A stretch of 64,000 nt of DNA, taken from IMG/VR virus record IMGVR_UViG_3300037808_000992, positions 1 through 64,000 of that record; one strand, written 5' to 3'. This DNA is from a virus. The position numbers and the translations under genes are program-made. This document shows positions 17,753-27,787 of the stretch, one piece after another. The notes beneath the pieces were generated by a model. The model saw only the letters and a list, made by a program, of their open reading frames with translations. It made no database searches and was not told the origin of the DNA. Position 1 is the first letter of the stretch; every line of letters starts with the position of its first letter.

Positions 17753-19930
17753 ATGAGTTTATTAGAAAAAGCTTTCGGCAAAGTACTTATACCTTCTATG
17801 GAGGAGACCTACGCCATCAATAAGGCGGGTCCTATAGATGGGTCTCCTGTTAAGGGACCCCCGAAAGCGATGATGTGGGATCCAATGAGTTTAGTTTACT
17901 CGTTGGGTTATAAAGATCGTCGAAGTAACGTGACTTACGACACACTTCGGCTGATTTCCAATCAGTTAGGTGTCATCGCAGCAATCATTAATACTCGCGT
18001 TAACCAAGTGGCTACCTTTGCCGTACCTTATAGACGCAACCGAAATATTGGTTTTGAGATTAAGCATAAAGATAAAGACCATAAACTCACTGATTCAGAG
18101 AAAAAGTTTATTCTTGAGTTAGAGTTGTTTATGGCGAACTGCGGAAGTCCTAAAAAGAACAAATACGTTTCTCGCAAACGAGATGATTTTGAGCTTTTTA
18201 CTCGCAAGGTCATTCGAGATCGGATGATATTTGACCAGTTATGCTTTGAGGTTGTTCCTGATAGGCGAGGGGTTCCGTTCGAGTTTGTGGCTGTAGATGC
18301 TTCGACTATGCGTATTGCTGCTGCAATTGACGCTAAGTCTATGAAGTACTTTGACAAGCATAAGAGTAGCGGTGAAAAACAGTTTTTAGAGGAGTATGGG
18401 AGCGCAAACCTTACTCAGTTCCCGAGTATTCTAAAAGACAAACTGGGCGATGCTGCTTATTGCCAGATTTGGAACGGATCTATTGTTCGGGCCTTTACGC
18501 AGGACGAGTTGGCTTTCTGTATTTCTAATCCTCGTACCGATATCCGTGTTAACGGTTACGGTCTTTCAGAGTTAGAGCAGTTGGTTAATGTTATTACGTC
18601 TCAATTGTGGGCTGAGGAATACAACCGTAACTTCTTTAAGCAGGGCGCTGCCCCCAAAGGGTTACTGAATATTCGAGGGGATAACATCGCCCCTGAACAA
18701 CTTGAAGCGTTTCGTAGAGAGTGGGTTGCAAATGTGTCTGGCGCTGCTAATGCATGGCGCACTCCTATTTTGCAGAGTGAAGAAGTCCAATATCTTAATA
18801 TGCAGGGCTCCAACTTGGACATGGAGTTCAGTCGGTGGCTTGAATACTTAATCAAAGTAATTTGTGCTTGCTACTTAATTGCCCCGGAAGAGATTGGTTT
18901 TTATCTAACACCGGGCGGTATGCAACAGCCCATGTTCGATTCGAACAACGAGTGGAAACTTAAAGCTTCGAAAGATAGGGGTCTTCGTCCTTTACTACGT
19001 TTCTATGCATCGTCTCTTAATAAAAACGTAATTGATCATATAGATGACCACTTCTATCTAGACTTTGTTGGGTTGGATGAGCTTACGGAACGAGAGCGCA
19101 TTGAACTTCACCAAAGTCAGGTGCAGTTTTTCCGAACTATTAATGAGGTTCGTAAAGATGAGGATCTACCTCCGATAGATGATGGTGATATTGTTATGAA
19201 TCCTGTTTATCTGCAGAAACTTCAAATGGAGCACGCTTGGAAAGTTGAAGCTCAAACTCTTAAGGATCAGAAAAAGGCTCAAGAAGAGCAGATGAAGATT
19301 CAGAAAGAGCAGCACAAACAACAAATGATTGCTCAGAAACAGCAGATGGTTTCTCAGAAGAAACAAGAGAAGCAACAAGAGAAGCAAGTTAAGCAACAGG
19401 AAGAGGCTCAGAAACAGCAGATGGATATGCAGCAACAACAGGTTGCGATGCAACAACAGCAGTTAGGGGGAGAAGCACCACCTGAAGGAGCACCACCTGA
19501 AGGAGCACCACCTGAAGGAGCACCACCTGAAGGAGCACCACCTGAAGGAGCACCACCTGAAGGAGCACCACCTGAAGGAGAGGGTACCCCTTCAAATGAA
19601 GAGTTAGCTGCCGTTGCTCAACAAATGGGTGCAACACCTGAGGAAGTTAAGGGTGCGGCCAAAGAGACGGGAATACCCGCTGAAGCCGCTGAAAAGATCG
19701 AAGAGCAAGTAGAAACCCCTGAAGGAGAAGAGACTGCTGAAGTTAGTGAAGAGCAGGTAGAAACTCCCGAAGGTGAGGAAACCACAGAAGAGAGTGAGGC
19801 AGTTGGAGAAGACGTATCTCCTAAGGAATTACAGGAGTTTATTAATTCTTTGCCCCCCGAATCTTTTAGACGTAATGTAAGACCGGTGGAAAAGAGCATC
19901 GGGTACACTGAGGAAGATGACGATGAGTAA
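17753..19930 (+). CDS. phage portal protein with a long Q-rich/acidic C-terminal extension
   Basis: [50 protein letters not shown]...[22 protein letters not shown]...[25 protein letters not shown]: SPO1/Twort-like portal motifs. Confidence 0.95.
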   Translation: MSLLEKAFGKVLIPSMEETYAINKAGPIDGSPVKGPPKAMMWDPMSLVYSLGYKDRRSNVTYDTLRLISNQLGVIAAIINTRVNQVATFAVPYRRNRNIGFEIKHKDKDHKLTDSEKKFILELELFMANCGSPKKNKYVSRKRDDFELFTRKVIRDRMIFDQLCFEVVPDRRGVPFEFVAVDASTMRIAAAIDAKSMKYFDKHKSSGEKQFLEEYGSANLTQFPSILKDKLGDAAYCQIWNGSIVRAFTQDELAFCISNPRTDIRVNGYGLSELEQLVNVITSQLWAEEYNRNFFKQGAAPKGLLNIRGDNIAPEQLEAFRREWVANVSGAANAWRTPILQSEEVQYLNMQGSNLDMEFSRWLEYLIKVICACYLIAPEEIGFYLTPGGMQQPMFDSNNEWKLKASKDRGLRPLLRFYASSLNKNVIDHIDDHFYLDFVGLDELTERERIELHQSQVQFFRTINEVRKDEDLPPIDDGDIVMNPVYLQKLQMEHAWKVEAQTLKDQKKAQEEQMKIQKEQHKQQMIAQKQQMVSQKKQEKQQEKQVKQQEEAQKQQMDMQQQQVAMQQQQLGGEAPPEGAPPEGAPPEGAPPEGAPPEGAPPEGAPPEGEGTPSNEELAAVAQQMGATPEEVKGAAKETGIPAEAAEKIEEQVETPEGEETAEVSEEQVETPEGEETTEESEAVGEDVSPKELQEFINSLPPESFRRNVRPVEKSIGYTEEDDDE
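19475..19579 (+). repeat. perfect 15-bp tandem repeat x7 (GCACCACCTGAAGGA; APPEG) within the portal tail
   Basis: Seen directly; no spacers. Confidence 0.95.
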
Positions 19931-20345
19931 TTTATTTAAATCAGTTTATGGGACGTTGAATAAGTCTGATAAATCTGCAAAATCTATAAATCAAGATCCT
20001 GACGAACTAGAAGAAGGTAAGAATCCTCCTGCTGGTGTCGATGATGATGAGGATTCGGAGCCGTTATCTAAGATGGCTACGGGACCAAATTATCAAACCC
20101 AGGTAATCACAGGAAACAACCCTAACCCTAGCGCGATGGGCAAATCACAATCTCTTTTTCCAGTGATTACTCCGATTCAGAAGAGTCTAGCTCAGACTCA
20201 CGGTTATGGGGACTACACTGTAGACCACGTAGGTAAGTCATGTGGCGTATGTGGTCGTTTATCGAAAAGTTTAGAAGGTACCGTATGTGAGACTTGTGCT
20301 AAGTCTATGAACTCTGTTGCGTGGCACAAATCACACCTGGAGTAG
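19923..20345 (+). CDS. small protein with a C-terminal CxxC...CxxC zinc finger and many xxKS motifs
   Basis: KSCGVCGR...VCETCAKS; LFKS, LNKS, MGKS, IQKS, LSKS. Start 19917 or 19923. Confidence 0.75.
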   Translation: MSNLFKSVYGTLNKSDKSAKSINQDPDELEEGKNPPAGVDDDEDSEPLSKMATGPNYQTQVITGNNPNPSAMGKSQSLFPVITPIQKSLAQTHGYGDYTVDHVGKSCGVCGRLSKSLEGTVCETCAKSMNSVAWHKSHLE

Positions 20346-20348
20346 ATT

Positions 20349-22343
20349 ATGTCTTGGTCAGATGCACAATTAAGCTTCGAAGAGTTAAGTAAGGCCGAAC
20401 CGAAGAAGGGCGGCCATATTCGCGCTAAGCTAAATAGGATCTCTAGCAAAGTATTTCCGAAGAAAGAGGTTAAGGTAGCGCCTGCTACGCTAAAGACCGT
20501 GAAGGGCGCACCTGCTGCGGTAGATTCAGTTGGCAGCGTTACCCCCAGGTCTCCAGAGGTGGAAAAGAGAGAACTTAAAGCGTTCGAAACGGAATCTAAA
20601 AAGACTGCGCCTAAGGTAGTGGCTAAACCTAAACGTGAAATAACTAAGTGGACAACGGCTAAAAGAACTATGCCTAAACCTGCTCCTACCGCTGTTCCTA
20701 AACCTCCTGCCAGATCTAAGGGAAAATGGGTGTTTGTGCCGAGGAAGCAGAGGACTCATTTGAGTTGGGGTGAGGCTAACCCGATGAAACGGGGCGGCAA
20801 AATGGTGGCGGGTGATCCGAAGAACTTCGTCTCGGGCGAGGGCGTAGACCAGCATAAAATGAATGCTGCTGCTAGATCAGCAACCTTCCACGGAAGGTTA
20901 ACGACGGCTCAAAAAGCTCAATTTAAAAAGTTAGTAGATGAGGGTAAAATTGGTGGGGAGTCTGGGATTAAGTCTCGTTGGGTAGATAGTCTACAACGTG
21001 ATGAGAATTTACGTCCAGGATCTATCAGTGCGAGAACAGGAAGCGCGTGGGCGAATTTAGTAAAGCCTGGTGCTCGTGTTAAACCCGTTGCCCCTGTTAA
21101 AGAAGCTACCTCTCAACCCCCTACACCTGTTGTTAAACAAACTCCTCCTGTTACACAAGCTCCAGTTTCCGGCCTATGGGCAAGCAATCCTCCTGCGGCC
21201 ACACGCAAAGTTAGCGACGTTTGGAATGCTCTTTCTAAGGATTCGCAGAAGCTATTTAGGACCTCTAGAATTTTTAAACAGGCTTGGGCAGCAGCAAAAA
21301 AAGATCTGGGTATTAAACCGGGAACCCGTAAACCAGGCCAAGCGTGGGGCACTGTTCCTCCAGCGGATTACGGCAAGGTTGCTGCGAGAGCTTTGGAGAT
21401 GTGGAAAAAGAGGCCCGGTTTTAAGGCTGAGGGTAAAAGAGTACTTACAAAGGTTAGTAGAAAGGGCCGTCCCGTTAAAAAGACCCCAGCTAAGGCTAAA
21501 CCTAAAAGCGGCACACCTTTTAGTAGTACTGTACCGCCTAAAGTAGCCAAAGCTGGGGCGTCTTCTACGGGTTGGAAGATCGGAAATAAAGTGACGACGA
21601 TTAATGGCAAAAAGTACAGATTGTACACTAAAGGCAAGGAGACAAAGTACTTTCCTTTAAAGCAGGCCACACCTAAACCTGAAGGCGACACACCTTTTAG
21701 TAGTAGTGGTCGCCCATCCGCGCCAAAAATTGATCGTACACCGCCTCCCGTAGTACGCCCTAAACTAATCACCCATAATGGCAGGCAGGCTATGAAAATG
21801 CCTGATGGATCGATTCGTAGTACGGACGGAAAAACGGAGTTGGAAGCTGCTCCCGCAAAGAAATCAATAGGAGAAAGTGACTTGAAGAAATCAATGGGCG
21901 TCCCGTTTGCACGGGCTAATACTAAAATTCCGTTAAACTCTCCTATGTCGAAGTACCGTAATCCTTCGTTTAGGTCGCAGAAGCAACGAGAGTCTAATTA
22001 TAAGGTCCATCCTGAACCATGGATGCCTCCGAATGCCATTTTCCGTCGTTACGCAAACGGTCAGTTAGATTTTGATTATGCGCGTAGCAAAGTAATTGAG
22101 AATCTCATGCGTCTTAAGAATGGCGTTCACCTAAATCAGGTGGAGACAGCTACTTTAGCAGCGATTATTCCTGGCATGAGTAATTTAATGCCTAAGGAAA
22201 TGGCAGGCACTCTTGTGCGTCTTGCCCCTGAAGAGGTTTTAAAGCTTCAATTGTTGGTCGGCGCAAAGACTAAAGAGATGTTGAACTGGAATGCTGGATT
22301 AGGTGGAGGCTCCGTACCTATGCGGTCGGTGACTTTATCTTAG
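20349..22343 (+). CDS. Lys/Pro-rich basic hypothetical protein, 664 aa (putative head cargo)
   Basis: GGAG SD; LSKA near the N-terminus; LKKS before a globular-looking C-terminal region. Confidence 0.8.
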   Translation: MSWSDAQLSFEELSKAEPKKGGHIRAKLNRISSKVFPKKEVKVAPATLKTVKGAPAAVDSVGSVTPRSPEVEKRELKAFETESKKTAPKVVAKPKREITKWTTAKRTMPKPAPTAVPKPPARSKGKWVFVPRKQRTHLSWGEANPMKRGGKMVAGDPKNFVSGEGVDQHKMNAAARSATFHGRLTTAQKAQFKKLVDEGKIGGESGIKSRWVDSLQRDENLRPGSISARTGSAWANLVKPGARVKPVAPVKEATSQPPTPVVKQTPPVTQAPVSGLWASNPPAATRKVSDVWNALSKDSQKLFRTSRIFKQAWAAAKKDLGIKPGTRKPGQAWGTVPPADYGKVAARALEMWKKRPGFKAEGKRVLTKVSRKGRPVKKTPAKAKPKSGTPFSSTVPPKVAKAGASSTGWKIGNKVTTINGKKYRLYTKGKETKYFPLKQATPKPEGDTPFSSSGRPSAPKIDRTPPPVVRPKLITHNGRQAMKMPDGSIRSTDGKTELEAAPAKKSIGESDLKKSMGVPFARANTKIPLNSPMSKYRNPSFRSQKQRESNYKVHPEPWMPPNAIFRRYANGQLDFDYARSKVIENLMRLKNGVHLNQVETATLAAIIPGMSNLMPKEMAGTLVRLAPEEVLKLQLLVGAKTKEMLNWNAGLGGGSVPMRSVTLS

Positions 22344-23006
22344 ATGCATCATTTTGTTCTAGAGGATATTTTTAAAGGTATCCGAAGTACCGGAGAAGGG
22401 GCAGGTGCGCCTTTCTTCCAAGGTAAAAAAGGACAAGCCAAAGGGCAGTTTGGTGGTCAGTTTACAGGATCCACAGGTAAAGAATGGGGGCCTCGTGGAG
22501 GTCACATTAAAGAGATTAGCGCGTCCACTGGTAAGCCTATTTATTATAAGCAGTGGGAAGGCGGGGCTCATAAGCCTGTAGTTACACAACCCCATGAAGG
22601 TGGTTCTTCTGAGGGTTATTCTGTTTACAGCCCTTCATCGGATCATGTAATTGGCCGGACATCGAGTGGTAAACCTATCCACGCTATGTCGGGGACGAAC
22701 AATACTCGCAAGTATCAATGGGACGATCATCGGGACGCAAGCCACGCTCACTTTTCATTGATGCACTATCTAATGAATTTAATAAATGAACGACGCAAAC
22801 ACGGTCATAGCATAAAGGGTTTGTTTAATTTAATAGACGCCCACTCTAAATTCGCTAGACACCACAAGGAACAGGCGCTTAAAGATCTTCTGCACGGAAA
22901 ACAGAAAGGTTTATCTGAAGAAGATTTAAGTGCGCGGAAGAAAGAGAGCGGCTTGTTTGGTCACGGAACTAAAAAGAAGAGCAGCAAAGGAAAATCTGAT
23001 GAGTAA
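22344..23006 (+). CDS. His/Gly-rich hypothetical protein, 220 aa
   Basis: IFKG motif; GPRGGHI...TGKPIY and HVIGRTSSGKPIH internal duplication; DDHRDASHAH. Confidence 0.75.
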   Translation: MHHFVLEDIFKGIRSTGEGAGAPFFQGKKGQAKGQFGGQFTGSTGKEWGPRGGHIKEISASTGKPIYYKQWEGGAHKPVVTQPHEGGSSEGYSVYSPSSDHVIGRTSSGKPIHAMSGTNNTRKYQWDDHRDASHAHFSLMHYLMNLINERRKHGHSIKGLFNLIDAHSKFARHHKEQALKDLLHGKQKGLSEEDLSARKKESGLFGHGTKKKSSKGKSDE

Positions 23007-24738
23007 CTGGTACAGCACACTAGATGTCTTAGATGAGTTACAAGGGTTAGAGTTGCCCCCCTCAAACGACTCGGAGTGGTTTAAGTCATTAGATGTTTTG
23101 GATAACTTTGACTTATATAAAGCTGATAAAAAGACTGAGGAATTCCGTAAGAGGGCCTTGTCAAGAGCCAGCAAGGAGCAAACTGCTGGGGCTGCTAGAA
23201 AGGGATTTTATAGCGCAAGCGGCCCGTTTAAAGCTATAACAGGAGAGCAGTTAACCCGTTCCCACTGGAACAGCATCAGCGGCGCTGATCGGATGAAATG
23301 GGGGGATGTATCAAGGGGTTATCGACGTTTCCACAAGACATCTGCCGGTCAATCTACAACTCGCGGTATGCGTCCCAAAGATTGGAAAAATATTAAAGAA
23401 GCTAATGTTGGTGCCGCCGGTATGCCTGAGTGGATGATGCTTATACCGGCGTTGCTGTCGGGAGGGGCACGGGGTCGCCAAACACCATCGCAGAAAGTCA
23501 GGTATCACGATAAGTCATCGGGCACCTCGTTACGTATGAAAGCAACGGGTAAAGAAACAGTAAAAGTAAATCCCCAAAGACAGCTTGAGGCACCTAAAGG
23601 GCGTGCGACTAAAACAAAACCAGGGGGTAGGCAAAAAGCAGATATTAAGATCCCATCTAAGCAAAATCCGGGGGAGGGTCTGCGTGAGTTTTGGCAAAGA
23701 AGATCAGCCGCCAAGCAGCGCCAGTCAGTGGAAGCAGGTAAGCGTGGGCGACGAGTTCCGGGGGAGAGTGTAGACGCATCTACAGTATCCCAAAAAGGAC
23801 CCGGATGGGCGGAGAGAATGTATGCTAGGGGTAAAGAAGGTGTTGCAAAATGGCGTGCGAAGGGCAAAACAGCACCTTTAAAACCTGGGTCTGCGCTAAG
23901 AGGGGCTACAACAGGAACTCTGGCGGAAGCTATGCGGTCAGCGACGAGTCTTACCCCTGAAAAAGGTTTTGTGTGGGATAAAAAAAGTGGGAAGTATGTC
24001 AAGTACGAACCATCCTTTGCGAGGCGCTTGCTTGGAGGACCCACTGCAGGTACGCCTGGAGTAATTCCAGAGTCTGAACTCGGCCCCCGTAAGCATTTAA
24101 AACGCATAGGTTATTTACCAGGAACCAAAGAGCCTGTTTATTTAAATGAAAAAACAGGGAAGGTGTGGAGTTCACAACCGAAAGGGGGAGCAATTGGTTG
24201 GTCTTCTCTTAAGGAGTATAAAGAGCAGTACGGTTTAGATCCAAAAAGTCAGAAAGGTTTGAAAAAATGGGCGAAGCACGGAGAGCCCAAAGAAACCACG
24301 ATCTCTCCGGGGCATAAAGCCCCTGCTGTTTCAGATTCTAATCTAGTTTCTATTAAGGTACCTCACCACCTTTGGAAACAGCAGGCTGGTTCTCAACACG
24401 CAACGCTTCCAAAAATGGTACCCGGTCATTTTGATGAAGCGCAGGGCAAGTATGTGACACGCGGAAAAGGAACCACTAAGAGGTTTGATACAAAAACTAG
24501 TACGTGGAGTACGATTAAACCTACATGGAAAACTGGGAGCAAAGCAGCGGAAGTTACGGATCCAAGGTCCTCGCATGTTCGTGGTAAGGGTGGCGGAAAG
24601 CAGAGAGTTATGATGCCCATGACTTATAATATTAGCTCTGGAAAATTAACTTATTCAGGGGGCCAGTACGACGGTAAAACAAGTAAGCAAGTAATGAGTA
24701 CTGTTTATAAACCTAAGCAACCGAAGAAGACTGAGTAA
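22999..24738 (+). CDS. Lys/Gly/Arg-rich basic hypothetical protein (putative head cargo)
   Basis: ATG 22999 follows AAGGA, preferred over the track start 22930. Acidic leader with duplicated W(Y/F).(T/S)LDVLD, then WFKS and LYKA. Confidence 0.8.
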   Translation: MSNWYSTLDVLDELQGLELPPSNDSEWFKSLDVLDNFDLYKADKKTEEFRKRALSRASKEQTAGAARKGFYSASGPFKAITGEQLTRSHWNSISGADRMKWGDVSRGYRRFHKTSAGQSTTRGMRPKDWKNIKEANVGAAGMPEWMMLIPALLSGGARGRQTPSQKVRYHDKSSGTSLRMKATGKETVKVNPQRQLEAPKGRATKTKPGGRQKADIKIPSKQNPGEGLREFWQRRSAAKQRQSVEAGKRGRRVPGESVDASTVSQKGPGWAERMYARGKEGVAKWRAKGKTAPLKPGSALRGATTGTLAEAMRSATSLTPEKGFVWDKKSGKYVKYEPSFARRLLGGPTAGTPGVIPESELGPRKHLKRIGYLPGTKEPVYLNEKTGKVWSSQPKGGAIGWSSLKEYKEQYGLDPKSQKGLKKWAKHGEPKETTISPGHKAPAVSDSNLVSIKVPHHLWKQQAGSQHATLPKMVPGHFDEAQGKYVTRGKGTTKRFDTKTSTWSTIKPTWKTGSKAAEVTDPRSSHVRGKGGGKQRVMMPMTYNISSGKLTYSGGQYDGKTSKQVMSTVYKPKQPKKTE

Positions 24739-24902
24739 TGAAGCACGAATCTAAATTAGGAGATCTCTCGGAGCTTAGAAAGTCTGCTCGAAGAGAACCG
24801 AACCTAACCCCTGTCCAAACAGCAGTTAAGATCCTTCTTCTAAAAAACTTACTCCCCAAAGAAGGAGTAAGTAAGCGATTGAAAAAATTAAGCAGTGAAT
24901 AG
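24738..24902 (+). CDS. 54-aa basic hypothetical protein (below ORF-track cutoff)
   Basis: MKHESKLGDLSELRKSARREPNLTPVQTAVKILLLKNLLPKEGVSKRLKKLSSE. TAATG coupling to the upstream gene; fills the gap exactly; LRKS motif. Confidence 0.6.
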   Translation: MKHESKLGDLSELRKSARREPNLTPVQTAVKILLLKNLLPKEGVSKRLKKLSSE

Positions 24903-25347
24903 CCATCTCAAAGAGAGAATTCCTCAGCATATTGAGGAACTCAAAAAATCGCAGCCAATAGAAGATTACTGCACTAACTGTGGTGCATGTTGCCACGCTG
25001 GAGTCGATATTAATAAAGGGCTCCAACAGTTTAGAGTCTTAGTTAATGAACTTCCTTGTAAGCATTTAGTGTGGAAGGGAATGAAAAGTACATGCGCTGT
25101 GTATGGGGAACGACACCATAAAGCGAAATGGTGTGCAGACCTCCCTGAGATGTTAGAGAAAGGCTTAGTCCCTAGAGATTGTCCGTATGTAGAGAACTTG
25201 GAAGGGTACCGTCCAACTTTAATTTTAGAAGACGATATCTACAAAAGTATTGTCCCAGCGTTAAAAATGGCAATTTCGGATTCTACAAGTCAGCACGGAT
25301 CTGATCCTTTTAATAATTTTGATCTTAGAGATTTTTTAAAGTCTTAA
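24895..25347 (+). CDS. YkgJ/CxxCxxCC-family cysteine-cluster protein
   Basis: CTNCGACCH...LPCKHL...CAVYGERH...WC...CPY pattern. Confidence 0.8.
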   Translation: MNSHLKERIPQHIEELKKSQPIEDYCTNCGACCHAGVDINKGLQQFRVLVNELPCKHLVWKGMKSTCAVYGERHHKAKWCADLPEMLEKGLVPRDCPYVENLEGYRPTLILEDDIYKSIVPALKMAISDSTSQHGSDPFNNFDLRDFLKS

Positions 25348-25366
25348 AGGGGAGCACGTGTTGTGT

Positions 25367-25394
25367 TTGACTTCAGTTACTATAAATGTATAAG
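25367..25394 (+). promoter_or_regulatory. possible sigma70-like promoter upstream of the protease-capsid genes
   Basis: TTGACT-16 nt-TATAAG in a 169-nt AT-rich intergenic gap. Confidence 0.3.
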
Positions 25395-25516
25395 TGGTTG
25401 CCGGGTGGTTGTTACTTTGCAGTTTTTAATTTGTTTGCTAACAATCGCGATATAGGATAATTTTTGAAAATTGTTATGTCGCAATTTAAAAGTAAGTTGC
25501 TAAGATAGTAGGCTAG

Positions 25517-26287
25517 ATGGTCGAAGAAAATACATTTGATTTCTGGGTTCCTATCAGCAAGTCCAAGGCTGCTGACGACGGGAAGTCTCGTGTTATAGAG
25601 GGAATCGCCTCTACGGCTGATATGGATCTTCAAAACGAACGTGTAGAGCCTAACGGAATCGACTTTGATTATTTTTTAAAGCACGGCTACTTTAATTGGG
25701 ACCACAAACCCGGAGCCCAGAATAAAGTGGGTGAGCCTTTAGAGTGTAAAATTACTCCTAAGGGACTCTACGTTAAGGGTATCGTTTACAAGGGTAAGCA
25801 AGTGGCTGACGCTGTGTGGGAGCACATCAAAGCGTTAGGTAACAACCCCGACTCTCAACGGAAAATGGGATTTTCTTTACAGGGAAAAACCACTCGTCGA
25901 AACGGAAAAAACATCCTTCGGTGCTGGGTGCAGGACATCGCAATTACGACCGCCCCTATTAATTACAATACATATTTAGACATCGTTAAGTCATTAGGCG
26001 AGGTTAATTGGTGCGAGACACCTGACGCAAATGACTGCGTTTGTTGTAAATCATTTAATATGGCGCAGGGTGGCAAAGTTACCACCCCCGAGTCTCTTCA
26101 TGACGACACCACAGTCGTAACTTACAATCTTAGTGATAAGGATGAAGAAGAGAAAGAAGAAGAAAAGAAGCGAGAGAAAAAGAAAATTACTAAGAAAAGT
26201 CTTGCAACCTCAATTTCAAATAAATTAGGTTACTCAAGTCAAAGTTCAGAACTTTTGGCCGATGTGCTATTTGCACTTTCTTATTAG
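25517..26287 (+). CDS. prohead (capsid maturation) protease
   Basis: IEGIASTADMDLQNE...GIDFDYFLKHGYFNWDH...GEP...GLYVKG...MGFSLQG...IAITTAPIN: HK97-fold protease of the SPO1/Twort type, with the His and Ser motifs present. Confidence 0.93.
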   Translation: MVEENTFDFWVPISKSKAADDGKSRVIEGIASTADMDLQNERVEPNGIDFDYFLKHGYFNWDHKPGAQNKVGEPLECKITPKGLYVKGIVYKGKQVADAVWEHIKALGNNPDSQRKMGFSLQGKTTRRNGKNILRCWVQDIAITTAPINYNTYLDIVKSLGEVNWCETPDANDCVCCKSFNMAQGGKVTTPESLHDDTTVVTYNLSDKDEEEKEEEKKREKKKITKKSLATSISNKLGYSSQSSELLADVLFALSY

Positions 26288-26298
26288 GAGATATTTAG

Positions 26299-27027
26299 AT
26301 GAGTCAGATTATTAAACCACTTCCTGGGAAACATGAAGATGGAGTCTTTTGGGCCGATGGTGACATGGATACCTACGATGACATGGCCGAAGGCGAACTC
26401 CATGTTGATGAAGACGGTAATTATGTACCCAAGTCGGTGAAGAAAAGCGTTCGTCTTTATAGTGGCCTTATTCACAATGACGATCTTCTCAAAGCAATGA
26501 GTGATGAGAACGAAGACGAAGACGACCAAGGCGAAGAAGAAGAGGTTGAAGCAGACCTGGAAGAGAAGGTAACTAAATCCTTCTTTAGCTTTGTCGAAGA
26601 TAACCCGGTTATCGTTGAGGGAATTAATAACTCCCCATTCTTATACGAAATGGTTAAGTCACTTGGTTTAACCTTCTTAAGTTTAGAAGATCGAGTTGGC
26701 GCATCCTTGCACCAGGTAGACTCAGACTTTACTGAGTTTGCTAAAAGCTTAGATTTTGTATTTGATGATCTTGGTAAGAGCATCAGCACAATCAATGGAA
26801 CTGCAGGTCAAATGGACATGCATAAGTCTATTGACGGCGCTGACACTGACGAAGTTCAGTACCTTGAAAAGAGTGGCTTTGAGCCAGAGCAAACTATGTC
26901 CCGCGAAGATGTGCTTTCTCGCCTCGTTAAGGGTGTAGAAGAGGGTAAGATTCCTCCTCTAGCCGTAATGAAGTATGAGCACACTGGCTTCCTGGGTCCT
27001 GATATCCAAAAAAGCATTGGGCTGTAG
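26299..27027 (+). CDS. acidic scaffold-like protein 1
   Basis: Between protease and capsid genes; acidic and helical; about 10 xxK(S/A/G) motifs; GGAG SD. Confidence 0.75.
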   Translation: MSQIIKPLPGKHEDGVFWADGDMDTYDDMAEGELHVDEDGNYVPKSVKKSVRLYSGLIHNDDLLKAMSDENEDEDDQGEEEEVEADLEEKVTKSFFSFVEDNPVIVEGINNSPFLYEMVKSLGLTFLSLEDRVGASLHQVDSDFTEFAKSLDFVFDDLGKSISTINGTAGQMDMHKSIDGADTDEVQYLEKSGFEPEQTMSREDVLSRLVKGVEEGKIPPLAVMKYEHTGFLGPDIQKSIGL

Positions 27028-27039
27028 GGAGTACTAAAA

Positions 27040-27777
27040 ATGTCTGAAACTAGATTTGAATCGGATTTAGTAAAGTCTCTTGAGAAACTTGACGAGATTT
27101 TAACTAAATCACAAATAGGCATCACAGGTCATACCGGTGACGAGCCTGAGGAGTGGGAAGGCGGCGACGTTACCCACTATGACACTGACAAAGACGCAAA
27201 GTGGGTCGATAAAGATTACATCACCGAGGGTGGCGATTATGAGCCCAAGAAGGTGAAGAAAGCTTACGACGACGATGATGAAAGCGCCGAAGATAAGCGA
27301 ATTGGTGCGGACGAAGAAGATGAGTGGGAAGCTGGGAAGAAAGCGGGCGAAGACGTTAAGAAAGGCGTTGAAGTCAGTGAGTTCCTTTCTGAGCTTACCA
27401 AGTCTATCGCTCTGTACTCCAACTACCTTGAGGGGTATATGGAAAAATCCATTCTTCAACTTCATGAAGAGCATGGCGGAATGGCAAAAGCAATTGCCGA
27501 GAATCTTGTTACTTTGAGTGACATGATTCAGAAATCCGAAGGAAACATCTCTGACTTCGCTGAAGAGCCTACGCGGGCTCCTAAGAGTATGATGAGTTTG
27601 GAAAAATCGATTGAAGGTGGGGATGAAGTTCCTCAGATGTCAAGCGATGATATTTTAAATAGATTGGTTAAGGGCGTCGAGGACGGCATCGTGTCACCTC
27701 TTGAGGTCATCAAGTTCGAGCAACTTGGTCCTCAAGCACTAAATCAAGACGTGGTTAAGAGCCTTTTAGCTTCTTAG
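27040..27777 (+). CDS. acidic scaffold-like protein 2 (paralogue of the preceding gene)
   Basis: Shares the C-terminal MS..D.L.RLVKGVE.G...PL.V.K(Y/F)E..G motif; many xxKS motifs. Confidence 0.75.
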   Translation: MSETRFESDLVKSLEKLDEILTKSQIGITGHTGDEPEEWEGGDVTHYDTDKDAKWVDKDYITEGGDYEPKKVKKAYDDDDESAEDKRIGADEEDEWEAGKKAGEDVKKGVEVSEFLSELTKSIALYSNYLEGYMEKSILQLHEEHGGMAKAIAENLVTLSDMIQKSEGNISDFAEEPTRAPKSMMSLEKSIEGGDEVPQMSSDDILNRLVKGVEDGIVSPLEVIKFEQLGPQALNQDVVKSLLAS

Positions 27778-27787
27778 GAGAAAATAA

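Noticed and set aside
19475-19579. 15-bp repeat array as a CRISPR
   Set aside because: No spacers, units too short, in frame within the portal, and no cas genes.
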